Part shown: positions 9,665 through 19,772 of the stretch, in pieces
Numbering within the stretch: position 1 is the first letter of the stretch
How the letters are laid out: each line of letters opens with the position of its first letter
Source of the DNA: a virus
Lineage: Duplodnaviria > Caudoviricetes
Reading direction: 5' to 3' (one strand)
Virus record (IMG/VR): IMGVR_UViG_3300043410_001140
Span: 1 to 61,423 of that record
Length of the DNA stretch: 61,423 bases
The notes under the pieces: model-generated
Seen by the model: only the letters and a program-made list of their open reading frames with translations
What the model was told of the DNA's origin: nothing
Databases searched by the model: none
Made by a program: the position numbers and the translations under genes

Positions 9665-9993
9665 GTGACAAAATCAAACTTGTAGCCAACGACACTCGCC
9701 CCGCGCTGGTGTGCTCATTGACGGACACCAATACTGGATTGCCAATCGTTTTGACTGGCGCCACCCCGGTTTTGAAATTCCGAGCTGCTGGCACGACCAC
9801 AATCATTGCTACTTTGACTGGAACCGTGACCGATGCGGCAAACGGCGTCTGTGTGTTTTACCCAGCTTCGCAACCCGAAATGCTGCAAGTCGCAGCGGGC
9901 ACATACGAAGGCGAGATTTCCGTCACGTTCAATGATGGCCAGATTCAAACTGTGTACGACACTTTGAAATTCCAAGTCCGTGGAGACTTCTAA
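9661..9993 (+). CDS. Small beta-rich virion protein (BppU N-terminal-like)
   Basis: DTRP.L, GTYEGEI and LKFQVRGDF pattern. Confidence 0.6.
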   Translation: MSDKIKLVANDTRPALVCSLTDTNTGLPIVLTGATPVLKFRAAGTTTIIATLTGTVTDAANGVCVFYPASQPEMLQVAAGTYEGEISVTFNDGQIQTVYDTLKFQVRGDF

Positions 9994-11202
9994 ATGGCAA
10001 TCCCCGTCGGCGGACCGGCGGTTACGGCAAGTTTTGTTGTAATTGACCCTAATGCTTCTGTTGCGCAAGTCGCACCAGCAGTTGTTGCCGCCTACGTCGA
10101 ACCAGTTGTTTCGGTAACTGCAGTTCAGCCAGCCACTTCTGTTTCGTACATTCAGCCCCAAACAGCGGTTGCCTATGTAATCCCAATCTCAGCAATTTCT
10201 TACGTTGAGTTGAATCAGTCGGTTTATCTGGATGATTCGGGTAAATACCAGTTCAAGACCGATATGGTGGCCGTGGTCGATGCCACTGCATTGGCTACCA
10301 CAAAAGCGCTTGATGACTCCGCTGCCGCTTTAGACTTGTGCGCGTTGCAAAACGACAGGGCTTTGGCAGACTCTGTTTCATTCTCAGACGTCTTTACGCC
10401 TACGCTGATTTACATTCGGCAGTTTGATGACTCAGTTTCATTCACTGACGTCGTTGTGCCTTCGCTGATTTACATTCGCAATTTTGCAGACACATTCAGC
10501 CAGACTGATGATACTAATTTCTACATTACACCTGCATACAATGACACATTTGCAGCACTTGATTCAACAATTTCGTTTTACGACAAACAGCTCGCAGATG
10601 CGTTTGGCCTAAATGACCTTGCCGATATTGGCGATGGTATCGCGTTCCAATTTGACGACACTACAAACAACATTGTGTCGGTGGCTGACGACTACGCATT
10701 GGCCACAAGCACCAGCTACACCGATAGCTTTTTTGTTTCGGATTTGGCGTCACTGGCAGCTCAACCAAACTTTTCAGACTCGACATCAAGTAGCGACGAT
10801 ACCGTCCTAGTAACTACGCCAGCGTACTTTGAAACGCTCACAATTTCTGATGCAACGGCAAATGCAGTTGACAAGCCAGCCTCAGATACTTTCTCTGTGG
10901 ACGATAGCCCCAGCGTACTTACGGCGCCTGCTTATTTTGAAACCGTTACAAATTCAGACGACCTTGCTATTTCTTCAGCGCCAGTGTATGCTGACGCAAT
11001 AAGTTTGTCGGATAATACGGCATCCAATGTTGATCGACCACTTTCGGATTCATTCACGCAAAGTGACACCGCATCATTAAACACAAACCCATCAGCAACG
11101 GATGCAGTTTCGTTTTCTGAGTCGGGTCTCATCTTTGTCGAAAACTACGTTGACATCAGCTATTTGGCTGAAGACTATGTTGGGACCGACTACACGTTTT
11201 AA
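9994..11202 (+). CDS. Acidic Asp/Ser/Thr-rich repeat virion protein
   Basis: About 19-20 aa degenerate repeats (D.FS..D); 60-bp DNA duplication near 10369-10487. Confidence 0.75.
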   Translation: MAIPVGGPAVTASFVVIDPNASVAQVAPAVVAAYVEPVVSVTAVQPATSVSYIQPQTAVAYVIPISAISYVELNQSVYLDDSGKYQFKTDMVAVVDATALATTKALDDSAAALDLCALQNDRALADSVSFSDVFTPTLIYIRQFDDSVSFTDVVVPSLIYIRNFADTFSQTDDTNFYITPAYNDTFAALDSTISFYDKQLADAFGLNDLADIGDGIAFQFDDTTNNIVSVADDYALATSTSYTDSFFVSDLASLAAQPNFSDSTSSSDDTVLVTTPAYFETLTISDATANAVDKPASDTFSVDDSPSVLTAPAYFETVTNSDDLAISSAPVYADAISLSDNTASNVDRPLSDSFTQSDTASLNTNPSATDAVSFSESGLIFVENYVDISYLAEDYVGTDYTF

Positions 11203-11215
11203 TCAGGAGTAAACA

Positions 11216-11671
11216 ATGTTTAACGACAACCTCAAGATCACAGGCGATGTGCGTTTAGAAGTTTTCGACGCTGCAACCGGCCAGACCAAAGAAACCCGCG
11301 AGTTCAAAAACTTGGTGGTGACTGTTGGCAAGACCTACATCGCTTCTCGCATGGTTGGCACCGCTGCTACTGCCATGGGTTACATGGAACTCGGTACTGG
11401 TACTACCGCCGCAGCTGCTGGTGACACCACTTTGCAAACAGCAATTTCCGGTTCTCGTGTTGCTTTGTCAAACGGCAATGGCACAAGTTCTGCAAACGTT
11501 GTCACCTACACGGCCAGCTTCCCAGCCGGTACAGGCACTGGCGCAGTTACTGAGGCTGGCATTTTCAACGCTTCTTCTGCCGGTACTATGTTGTGCCACA
11601 CCGTGTTCTCGGTGGTCAACAAAGGCGCCAACGACGGCATGAGCATCACTTGGACGATCACTGTTTCCTAA
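11216..11671 (+). CDS. Putative tail/collar structural protein
   Basis: KNLVVTVG and TEAGIFNA motifs. Confidence 0.75.
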   Translation: MFNDNLKITGDVRLEVFDAATGQTKETREFKNLVVTVGKTYIASRMVGTAATAMGYMELGTGTTAAAAGDTTLQTAISGSRVALSNGNGTSSANVVTYTASFPAGTGTGAVTEAGIFNASSAGTMLCHTVFSVVNKGANDGMSITWTITVS

Positions 11672-11684
11672 TCGGGGCTAGTTG

Positions 11685-12734
11685 ATGACCGCAGCACTTG
11701 TAACCCGACAAACCGCAGGTACAGGGGCGACTGTTAAAGGGTCGCCGCTTACCAACACAGAAGTCGACACAAACTTTATCAATCTTAACACTGCGATTGA
11801 TACGAAAGCTGCGGCTGGTGCTAACTCGGACATCACAAGCCTTGGCGGTGTTACCGGCGGGATCACAACTCCAGACTACATCGCTTTTGATGTAAACCCC
11901 AGCACTGTCCCGACTGCACCGGGTTCCTTGTATTGGGATTCTGCCGATGGTAACCAGACTCTAAGTTTGGTCATGGCTGGTGGCACTGCTACACAGCAGA
12001 TCGGTGAAGAACAGTATTACCGAATCAAAGCTTCCGCTGCAATTTCAAATGGCCAGCTTGTGATGTTCACAGGAACTGTTGGGGCTTCTGGTGCTTTGAC
12101 CGGCGCGCCTGCATCTGGTTTGACTGCGTCAACTGCGTCTTACGTGATGGGCATTGCTACGCAAGATATTGCCAATAATGGCTGGGGCTACATTACATCG
12201 TTTGGCCTTGTTCGACAACTTAACACCAATGCTTGGGCAGCTGGAACAATCCTTTACTATGATCCATCTGTTGCTGGCGGATTGACCAGTACAGTACCTT
12301 CTGCGCCAAACGCAAAAATACAAGTTTGCGCTGTCATTTACCAAAGCTCAACAAATGGTTCTCTATTTGTTCGCCCTTCATTCGGTGGCACTCTCGGGCA
12401 GTATGAAGGCGATGTCGGCATAACTTCTGTTGCCGCAAACGACGTTTTAGTCCGCAATTCCGGTAATACTGCTTGGGTAAACCAAGCGCAAAGCACTTTG
12501 ACGGCTGGAAACGTTTCCGGTGTAGTTGCAGTCCCTAACGGCGGCACTGGCGTAGCCACCCTTGCAGCAAACAACGTGATTCTTGGCAATGGCACATCGG
12601 CTGTACAAGTCGTTGCCCCGGGCGCAAGCGGAAACGTGCTTACTTCAAATGGCACCACTTGGATTTCTTCTACGTCCACAGGCGGCGGAGACCCAGCTGG
12701 CACAGCGGTAGCCATGGCTATTGCACTAGGATAA
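11685..12734 (+). CDS. Tail fibre-like protein
   Basis: KGSPLT..EVD.NF N-terminus; NGGTG and GNVLTSNGTTW fibre motifs; ends AMAIALG. Confidence 0.75.
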   Translation: MTAALVTRQTAGTGATVKGSPLTNTEVDTNFINLNTAIDTKAAAGANSDITSLGGVTGGITTPDYIAFDVNPSTVPTAPGSLYWDSADGNQTLSLVMAGGTATQQIGEEQYYRIKASAAISNGQLVMFTGTVGASGALTGAPASGLTASTASYVMGIATQDIANNGWGYITSFGLVRQLNTNAWAAGTILYYDPSVAGGLTSTVPSAPNAKIQVCAVIYQSSTNGSLFVRPSFGGTLGQYEGDVGITSVAANDVLVRNSGNTAWVNQAQSTLTAGNVSGVVAVPNGGTGVATLAANNVILGNGTSAVQVVAPGASGNVLTSNGTTWISSTSTGGGDPAGTAVAMAIALG

Positions 12735-12737
12735 AAC

Positions 12738-13064
12738 ATGGCAAACACATTCACCCGTTACACCGCAAAAAACGTTGGTACTGGCGCATCGACGCTGGTT
12801 ACGGCTGCTTCTGCAACCCAGACAACTGTTATCGGGTTGACTATTTCAAACACTACGACCAGCCCAATCACAGTCAGTGCGTACGTTACTGCTTCTGCTG
12901 TGAACTACTACATTGTCACAAACGCCACCGTTCCAGTTGGCGGTTCTTTGGCTTTGTTTGGCAGCGACGGTAAACTTGTGCTGAACACAGGCGATGCATT
13001 TAACGTGTCTTCGAGCGCGGCCAGTTCGGCTGATGCAATTTTGTCCGTGCTGCAGATCACTTAA
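12738..13064 (+). CDS. Small virion protein
   Basis: MANTF...KLVL..GD; beta-rich. Confidence 0.75.
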   Translation: MANTFTRYTAKNVGTGASTLVTAASATQTTVIGLTISNTTTSPITVSAYVTASAVNYYIVTNATVPVGGSLALFGSDGKLVLNTGDAFNVSSSAASSADAILSVLQIT

Positions 13065-13072
13065 GGTTCTAC

Positions 13073-14260
13073 ATGAGCTATATCGGCAACACCTCAACAA
13101 CACAAGCTTTCACGCCAGCCATTGACTATTTCAGTGGTAATGCGTCTACGACTGCATTCACGCTTTCGCGCCCCGTTGCTTCTGTTGCTCAAGTTCAAGT
13201 GACGATCAGCAACGTACCTCAAACACCGGGTACAGCGTTTTCTGTCAGCGGCAACACGATCACTTTTACATCGGCGCCGCCCACAGGTACAAACAACATT
13301 TACATTTACTACACCAGCCCGATCACTCAGTTGATTGCTCCAGCGCAAGGTACAGCAGTAACTTCAATTACTGCAGGCCCGGGGATTTCGGTAAGCGCTG
13401 CAACAGGGGCGGTAACCGTTTCAACAAACATTTACACCGCTGCATATTTGGTTGTTGCAGGTGGCGGTGGCGGTGGCGGCGGTGGCCCTTCTACAGGTGC
13501 TGGCGGTGGCGGTGCTGGTGGATATTTATCAGGTTCTGCCACTTTTGTCGCTGGAACAACTTACGCAATTACTGTTGGCGCTGGCGGAGCTGCTGGTACT
13601 GTAAGCGGCGCAAACTCAGGACAAAACGGTGGGGTTGGTAATAACTCTTCCTTGTCGACATTGGCAGTCGCCCTTGGCGGTGGTTTTGGCGCTGGCGGTT
13701 CCGCAACTGTTGGGGGCGCTGGCGGTTCTGGTGGCGCTCCTGTTGCTGCAAATGCGGCTGGCGCTGGAACAGCTGGGCAAGGCAATTCAAGTGGCACATC
13801 ACCAAATTACAGCGGTAGTACCCGTGGTAGCGCGGGCGGCGGTGGCGCTGGTTCTGTTGGCGGAAGCGTAAGTTCTGGGAACACTGGTGCAGGCGGCGGC
13901 GCAGGTGCTGCATCATCAATTACAGGCTCGTCCGTCACGTACGCAGGCGGTGGCGGTGGCGGCGGTGACGCAGGCGGTGCAGGCGGTTCTGGTGGTGCAG
14001 GAGGTGGCGGTGCAGGCGGCGGTGGCGGGCCTTCTGCAGGAACTGCGGGAACTGCAAACACTGGTGGCGGTGGCGGTGGCGGTGGTGACAACTCAAGCAC
14101 AAACTCAGCATCAGCTGGCGCAGCTGGCGGGTCAGGCGTTGTCATTCTGTCCGTGCCAACAGCGAACTATTCTGGTGTCACAACTGGGTCACCAACAGTA
14201 ACCACATCAGGTTCCAGCACGATCATTAAATTTACTGCGTCTGGGAGCTACACAGCATGA
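13073..14260 (+). CDS. Fibre protein: MSYIGN anchor domain plus glycine-rich domain
   Basis: YLVVAGGGGGG...GGSGVVIL glycine-rich domain. Confidence 0.8.
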   Translation: MSYIGNTSTTQAFTPAIDYFSGNASTTAFTLSRPVASVAQVQVTISNVPQTPGTAFSVSGNTITFTSAPPTGTNNIYIYYTSPITQLIAPAQGTAVTSITAGPGISVSAATGAVTVSTNIYTAAYLVVAGGGGGGGGGPSTGAGGGGAGGYLSGSATFVAGTTYAITVGAGGAAGTVSGANSGQNGGVGNNSSLSTLAVALGGGFGAGGSATVGGAGGSGGAPVAANAAGAGTAGQGNSSGTSPNYSGSTRGSAGGGGAGSVGGSVSSGNTGAGGGAGAASSITGSSVTYAGGGGGGGDAGGAGGSGGAGGGGAGGGGGPSAGTAGTANTGGGGGGGGDNSSTNSASAGAAGGSGVVILSVPTANYSGVTTGSPTVTTSGSSTIIKFTASGSYTA

Positions 14261-14598
14261 GCCATTTTGCAAAAGTTCTTGACGGTAAGGTTGTGCAAGT
14301 TATTGTTGCAGAGCCAGAATTTTTCCAAACATTCGTGGATTCAAGCCCCGGTGAATGGATTCAAACGTCATACAACACACTTGGCAACAGACACCCAGAA
14401 AATCGTCCTTTGCGCGGGAACTACGCCGGTATTGGCTACATCTACGACAGAACGCACGATGTGTTTTATGCCCCGCAACCATTTCCAAGCTGGGTGTTAG
14501 ATCAAACAACATGGTCTTGGAATGCCCCGACCCCAATGCCCACTGATGGCAACGCCTATGTTTGGGATGAAAACACAAAAACTTGGGTGAGGGTCTAA
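14257..14598 (+). CDS. Fibre-associated protein / putative chaperone
   Basis: MSHFAKV...RGNYAGIG...PQPFPSW; coupled to glycine-rich gene. Confidence 0.75.
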   Translation: MSHFAKVLDGKVVQVIVAEPEFFQTFVDSSPGEWIQTSYNTLGNRHPENRPLRGNYAGIGYIYDRTHDVFYAPQPFPSWVLDQTTWSWNAPTPMPTDGNAYVWDENTKTWVRV

Positions 14599-15111
14599 AT
14601 GCCAATCAGCTACATCACAAGCGCGGGTACGCAAGGTGTCATCACACAGGGTACTGCTGTGGCTTCGACTTCTGGAACCGCAATCACGTTTACCGGTGTT
14701 CCTTCGTGGGCCAAACGCATAACAATGTTGTTCAATGGGGTGAGTACTAACGGCACAGCAGCTTACTTGGTGCAAGTCGGGTCTGGCTCTTTGACAACTA
14801 CTGGATATACAAGCTATGCGGCTTACGCTGGTGGCGCCAACTCAACAGGGCAAAACAACTCCACGGCTGGCTACATTATTTGGAATAACACAGCAGGTGC
14901 TTTGATCAACGGGTCAATCCGTGTGTATAACGTTTCAGGCAACTTGTGGGTTGCTGATTACACATTTGGGGCTACGGTGTCAGGCAGTTATTTCATGTTC
15001 GGCGGCGGCGGTAACGTTTCGTTATCAGGCGCGTTAGACCGCATTGCAGTTACAACGGTCACAGGCACTCCAACGTTTTCTGCTGGCTCAATCAACATCT
15101 TGTACGAGTAA
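14599..15111 (+). CDS. Putative receptor-binding domain protein, paralog 1
   Basis: STSGT.I.F..PSW.KR...GSINILYE domain. Confidence 0.75.
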   Translation: MPISYITSAGTQGVITQGTAVASTSGTAITFTGVPSWAKRITMLFNGVSTNGTAAYLVQVGSGSLTTTGYTSYAAYAGGANSTGQNNSTAGYIIWNNTAGALINGSIRVYNVSGNLWVADYTFGATVSGSYFMFGGGGNVSLSGALDRIAVTTVTGTPTFSAGSINILYE

Positions 15112-15114
15112 ACC

Positions 15115-16182
15115 ATGTCTTACATCGGCAACCAACCAACACAAGTCGCTTTCTTAGTGGATACGTTCACTGGGAATTCTTCGACCACAGCGTTTACGAT
15201 GTCGGTTGCCCCAGCAAACCCAGCCTCGATCATCGTGGCGATCAGTGGCGTTGTGCAAGACCCAGCGACTTATTCTGTTGGCGGGACAACCCTTACATTT
15301 TCTACAGCCCCGCCCACAGGTACTGGGAACATTTCAGTTCGCTATTTGGGCATTCCGGCTTCTGGCGTAGCCACCACGGCTTATCGCACAGTCACAAACT
15401 TTACTGCCACTGCAGCGCAAACAACGTTCACACCTCCAAGTTACACAGCTGGGTTCATCAACGTTTACCGAAACGGCGTGTATTTGCCCACAGTGGATTA
15501 CACAGCCACAAACGGCACTACGATTGTTTTGAACAACGGGTGCGCATCTGGCGATACTGTTACGATTGAAAGCTTCCTTGTCAGCTCAGTGCTGAACGCC
15601 ATTCCTGCCACGGCGGGATCGGTTGGGTCTACTTACTTGGCATCCAACCTGACACTCACATCTCCAACGATGACCAGCCCAACAATGTCTGGCGCAGTGG
15701 TTTCGGCAATGGCATCGAGTGTGTTGACTTTAGGAACGTCTCAAGCATCAACTTCAGGTACATCCATCACATTCAGTTCTATTCCTTCTTGGGTAAAACG
15801 CATTACTGTGATGTTTAATGGCGTAAGTACTAGCGGTACAAGCTTAATTCAAATTCAAATTGGATCTGGTAGTGTTACCAATAGTGGCTATGTTTCTGGA
15901 GCACATACAAGCAACAACGTAGATTCTTCATCAACAACAGGGTTTATACAACAAGCATCAAATGTTGCGTCTACTACTTATAGTGGAATTGCAATGATAT
16001 TATTATCAGCTGCAAATACTTATACATGCTCTGGTTCTTTACAGCCTCCGGGTGCTGCAGCGGGTGGCAACATGAGCGGTGGATGGATTACTATTGGTGG
16101 AGCGCTTGATCGCGTAGTAATCACCACCGTCAACGGCACAGACACATTCGACGCTGGTTCAATCAACATCCAATACGAGTAA
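15115..16182 (+). CDS. Fibre protein: MSYIGN anchor plus paralog-2 C-terminal domain
   Basis: N-terminus paralogous to 13073; C-terminus paralogous to 14599 and 17419. Confidence 0.8.
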   Translation: MSYIGNQPTQVAFLVDTFTGNSSTTAFTMSVAPANPASIIVAISGVVQDPATYSVGGTTLTFSTAPPTGTGNISVRYLGIPASGVATTAYRTVTNFTATAAQTTFTPPSYTAGFINVYRNGVYLPTVDYTATNGTTIVLNNGCASGDTVTIESFLVSSVLNAIPATAGSVGSTYLASNLTLTSPTMTSPTMSGAVVSAMASSVLTLGTSQASTSGTSITFSSIPSWVKRITVMFNGVSTSGTSLIQIQIGSGSVTNSGYVSGAHTSNNVDSSSTTGFIQQASNVASTTYSGIAMILLSAANTYTCSGSLQPPGAAAGGNMSGGWITIGGALDRVVITTVNGTDTFDAGSINIQYE

Positions 16183-16185
16183 ACC

Positions 16186-16881
16186 ATGACACAAGCAGCA
16201 AACCTTGCACAAATTGGATCGGTCAACCCCGGCACATCCGGCAACGTGATGACTTCAAACGGGAGCGCTTGGGTATCTCAGGCAATCTCAACAGGTCTTC
16301 CCGGTGTGTTGGGTCAGGTCTTTACATCCAACGGAACATTTACAATTCCATCTGGAGTAACAGCAATCAAAGTTACTGTTGTTGGCGGAGGCGGCGGCGG
16401 TTCTGGTGGAAATTATTATTGCTGTCATTTTACAGGATACACAGGCGGCACAGGCGGCACGAGCAGCGTTGCGTCTGGAACTCAATCTATATCAACTATT
16501 TCTGCAACTGGTGGAAGTGGGGGTGTTGCTTCACAAAGTTCAACAAGTACTGCTGTCGGTGGCGCTGGTTCTGGTGGAAACATTAACATAATTGGCACCA
16601 ATGGTAGTAATTCGGTTGGCGCAACTGGAGGCGGTTCTATTTTTAGCGGAGGTTCATCATCTAACAACGGCGGTTCAAATAATAGCCCATCTTATGGAGG
16701 TGGTGGTGGATCAAGTTACAAAGGTGGTGGTGCTGGTGGTGGTGCTGCAATTAGTTATTTAACTGGATTAACGCCCGGCAATACTCTTTCAGTTACTGTT
16801 GGTAGTGGTGGCGGCGCTAGTGGAGGCAACCTTGGTTCAGGTGTTTCTGGTGGTTCAGGTATTGTTATTTTTGAATGGTAA
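16186..16881 (+). CDS. Glycine-rich fibre protein
   Basis: FTSNGTFTIP.GV...VVGGGGGG...GIVIFEW; AT-rich. Confidence 0.78.
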   Translation: MTQAANLAQIGSVNPGTSGNVMTSNGSAWVSQAISTGLPGVLGQVFTSNGTFTIPSGVTAIKVTVVGGGGGGSGGNYYCCHFTGYTGGTGGTSSVASGTQSISTISATGGSGGVASQSSTSTAVGGAGSGGNINIIGTNGSNSVGATGGGSIFSGGSSSNNGGSNNSPSYGGGGGSSYKGGGAGGGAAISYLTGLTPGNTLSVTVGSGGGASGGNLGSGVSGGSGIVIFEW

Positions 16882-16892
16882 TTGGAGAAAAA

Positions 16893-17141
16893 ATGAAAGC
16901 CTTAATTTCTAAAATTCAATCTTGTGAAACTGGATATAGGGTTGCTCAAATTGTTGCTGATGATGCAACTTTTCCTGTTGCTGAAAATCTTGAATGGGTT
17001 GAATGTGCTGATAATGTTGTCGCAGATCAATATTGGTTTGATCCTTTGGACAATACAATCAAAATCATACCTGATTTACAAGAAAATCAACAAAACCTTA
17101 ATAAAAACCAACCAATTTCAACTGGAAGTCAAACATTATGA
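16893..17141 (+). CDS. Fibre-associated small protein
   Basis: GGAG SD before ATG 16893; FPVA..LEWVEC motif. Confidence 0.7.
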   Translation: MKALISKIQSCETGYRVAQIVADDATFPVAENLEWVECADNVVADQYWFDPLDNTIKIIPDLQENQQNLNKNQPISTGSQTL

Positions 17142-17419
17142 TTGATAGAATTGCGCCAGCACATAATGTGACTTATGACGGTGCAACTATTGCAATTTAT
17201 CATGCCAACAAGGGTGAAGGGTTGCCTCGCCACGAACATGCTTATGCGCATTTGACGATGTGTCACGCTGGGTCGATGATCGCCCGCAAAGAAGGCCGTG
17301 AACTGGTCATGACCAAAGATACGCAACCCGTGAACTTGGTGGCCAATGAATGGCATGAGTTGGAAGCGCTTGAAGACGGCACAGTGTTTGTGAATGTCTT
17401 TGCGGAAGGAAAATACTAA
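17138..17419 (+). CDS. Cupin-domain protein
   Basis: H.H...H motif (RHEHAYAH) and WHELEALED. Confidence 0.75.
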   Translation: MIDRIAPAHNVTYDGATIAIYHANKGEGLPRHEHAYAHLTMCHAGSMIARKEGRELVMTKDTQPVNLVANEWHELEALEDGTVFVNVFAEGKY

Positions 17420-17919
17420 TGCCATTAACACAAGTCCAAGGTGGTATGTCTGCCGCATTAGTGCAAGGTACTGCAGTTGCCTCAACTTCGGGCACATCAA
17501 TTGATTTCACCGGCATTCCAAGTTGGGTGAAACGCGTGACTGTAATGTTTAACGGGGTGTCTACAAACAGCACTAGCACTAGACGAGTTCAAATTGGCTC
17601 TGGTTCTGTTACAACATCTGGGTATTCATGCGCATTCGGGTACGCAACTACTGCAGTTGCGTCCGCCACAAGCACCGCAGGTTTTGACTTAATTAACGGA
17701 AGTGCAGCAGAAGTTATCAGCGGTCACATGGTTATTACAAACATATCAGGCAATATTTGGGTTGCTTCGGCTGTGGTGACAACATCTGGCGGAACAGCAG
17801 GTTTGTACTATTCCGGCGGGAACGTAACTTTATCTGGCGCTATTGATCGCGTTCGTATTACCACAGCAAACGGAACAGACACCTTCGACGCTGGCTCAAT
17901 TAACATTCTTTACGAATAA
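17419..17919 (+). CDS. Putative receptor-binding domain protein, paralog 3
   Basis: Same domain as 14599. Confidence 0.75.
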   Translation: MPLTQVQGGMSAALVQGTAVASTSGTSIDFTGIPSWVKRVTVMFNGVSTNSTSTRRVQIGSGSVTTSGYSCAFGYATTAVASATSTAGFDLINGSAAEVISGHMVITNISGNIWVASAVVTTSGGTAGLYYSGGNVTLSGAIDRVRITTANGTDTFDAGSINILYE

Positions 17920-17928
17920 GGAAACATC

Positions 17929-18831
17929 ATGGGCGTTAAATTTACAAACTCTGCATCGGCCACGTTGGCCGGTTCATTGACCACATCGACAACCAGCTTG
18001 ACTTTGACAACTGGCCAAGGGTCTTTGTTCCCCTCGTTGAGTGGGGCTGACTACTTTTACGGTGTGCTTGTCAACTCATCCAACGTGACTGAAATTGTCA
18101 AAGTCACTGCTCGCTCTAGCGATTTGTTGACCATTGTTCGCGCGCAAGATGGCACTGCGGCGCATGCATTCAATGCTGGCGACAAGTTTGAACTTCGCAC
18201 AACAGCTGGTGCCTTATCTACGTTTGGCCGAGTCGATACTGACGAAACAATCGCTGGCAACTGGACGTTCAGTGGAAACCCTACGTTCAGTGGAAACCCT
18301 ACGTTCAGTGGCACGCCTACTTCGACTACACCGACTACTGGCGACAACTCCACAAAAATTGCAACCACTGCATTTGTACAAGCGTCTACTCCGTCGATGG
18401 CAGCAGCGTATCCCGTTGGCTCCATTTACATGAACGCTTCGAGTAACGTCAATCCCAGCACGTTGCTTGGTTTTGGTACATGGTCTGCTCTTGCACCCGG
18501 GCAAATGCTGCTGGGTAACGGCGGTGGATACACAGCTGGCGCCACTGGTGGTTCTGCTACTACCACGATTGGGGTTGCAAACTTACCGCCTCACGACCAC
18601 TCGATTACAGACCCCGGCCATAGCCATACATACCAGCACGCTACTAGCCCACAGATTCAATCTGGTAGCTCAACACCGTGCTACACAAGCACCTACACAG
18701 ACAACACAAGCACTTCTACTACTGGCATCAGTGTCAACACTACCCAGAAAAGCGGTGCGGCGTTTTCTAACACCCCCATGTCAACCATTTCCCCATACTT
18801 GGTTGTTTATATGTGGGTACGTACGGCATAA
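17929..18831 (+). CDS. Tail protein with collar/baseplate-like C-terminus
   Basis: EIVKVTAR...RAQDGT; KIATTAFV; YPVGSIY...PYLVVYMWVRTA. Confidence 0.78.
   Translation: MGVKFTNSASATLAGSLTTSTTSLTLTTGQGSLFPSLSGADYFYGVLVNSSNVTEIVKVTARSSDLLTIVRAQDGTAAHAFNAGDKFELRTTAGALSTFGRVDTDETIAGNWTFSGNPTFSGNPTFSGTPTSTTPTTGDNSTKIATTAFVQASTPSMAAAYPVGSIYMNASSNVNPSTLLGFGTWSALAPGQMLLGNGGGYTAGATGGSATTTIGVANLPPHDHSITDPGHSHTYQHATSPQIQSGSSTPCYTSTYTDNTSTSTTGISVNTTQKSGAAFSNTPMSTISPYLVVYMWVRTA
18265..18311 (+). repeat. 18-bp in-frame tandem repeat ACGTTCAGTGGAAACCCT x2.6
   Basis: Encodes TFSGNP repeats. Confidence 0.9.
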
Positions 18832-18834
18832 CAT

Positions 18835-19599
18835 GTGGACCCAATCAGTCTCTTGCTTATGGCACAAAGCGCAGTCAGTGCGATCCGAACTGGCTGTCAA
18901 ATGCTTTCTGAAGGTAAAGCAGAGATTGATAAATTCAAGAAGCAAGTCGAAGGCGGTGTAAAAGATGCTAAAGCGATATACGCCGAAGTCAAAGGTGTCT
19001 GGGGTTGGATCAAAGGGCTATTTGGAATGGCACAGAAAACGCCTTCTCCAACGCTTAATGTTCAGAAACCTGTTTCAGAAACTGTAAAACAGACAACAAA
19101 ACGTCAACCTGAGCCAGAACTGAGTTACGAGGAGTACAAAGCCAAAGCGGTGCATGACATTTTTGAACAGTTGAAAATTTACTTTGATGTTCAGCGGCAG
19201 CTCAAAGAGCATTGCCTAGAGCTGGAAGCACAAAGCAGCACGACTGACAAAGTGGCAGACAACGCAATTGATTTGATTGAGATTCGTTGGCAAATGCGGG
19301 AAATGACGGTGCAAGTTCGAGAAGCCATGTCATGGACTCCTGAGAGTCTAGGGTTACAAGACTTGTATCGGCAGTTTTTACAAACCTACGATGACATATT
19401 GGAACAACAAGAGTTTGCTCGTCAACTCAAACGTAAGCAGGAAGTGGATGCAAAATGGCGACGCGAGCTCCTCAGAAACCACCGAATAGACCGGGCAGTC
19501 CAAGTAGTAGCAGTGCTAGTTCTGGTTCTGTGGACGTGGGGCTTTCTGCTGTCGCTCAAATGGCAAGAGACGATACACGCTGGTTTGTGGTTGGAGTAG
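18835..19599 (+). CDS. Coiled-coil protein with C-terminal TM helix
   Basis: GTG start MDPISLLL; hydrophobic C-terminus. Confidence 0.7.
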   Translation: MDPISLLLMAQSAVSAIRTGCQMLSEGKAEIDKFKKQVEGGVKDAKAIYAEVKGVWGWIKGLFGMAQKTPSPTLNVQKPVSETVKQTTKRQPEPELSYEEYKAKAVHDIFEQLKIYFDVQRQLKEHCLELEAQSSTTDKVADNAIDLIEIRWQMREMTVQVREAMSWTPESLGLQDLYRQFLQTYDDILEQQEFARQLKRKQEVDAKWRRELLRNHRIDRAVQVVAVLVLVLWTWGFLLSLKWQETIHAGLWLE

Positions 19600-19772
19600 T
19601 TGTTCTGGCTTTGGTGGTAATGTTGGCTTTGCCTGTGACCATGCTGTTAGTCATTGACGATTTGAAAATGAAAGCTGAGCTCCGGTATGAAATGCGTGAG
19701 CTCAAAAAACTGAAAAAGGAATTGCATGAAAAAGCTGCTGCTTCTAAGTCTGCTGATTCTGACGGCATGTGA
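19560..19772 (+). CDS. Small membrane protein (N-terminal TM plus coiled coil)
   Basis: MARDDTRWFVVGVVVLALVVML... Confidence 0.6.
   Translation: MARDDTRWFVVGVVVLALVVMLALPVTMLLVIDDLKMKAELRYEMRELKKLKKELHEKAAASKSADSDGM

Noticed and set aside
14599-17919. Diversity-generating retroelement acting on the repeated fibre domains
   Set aside because: No reverse transcriptase, and no near-identical TR/VR pair differing only at adenines.
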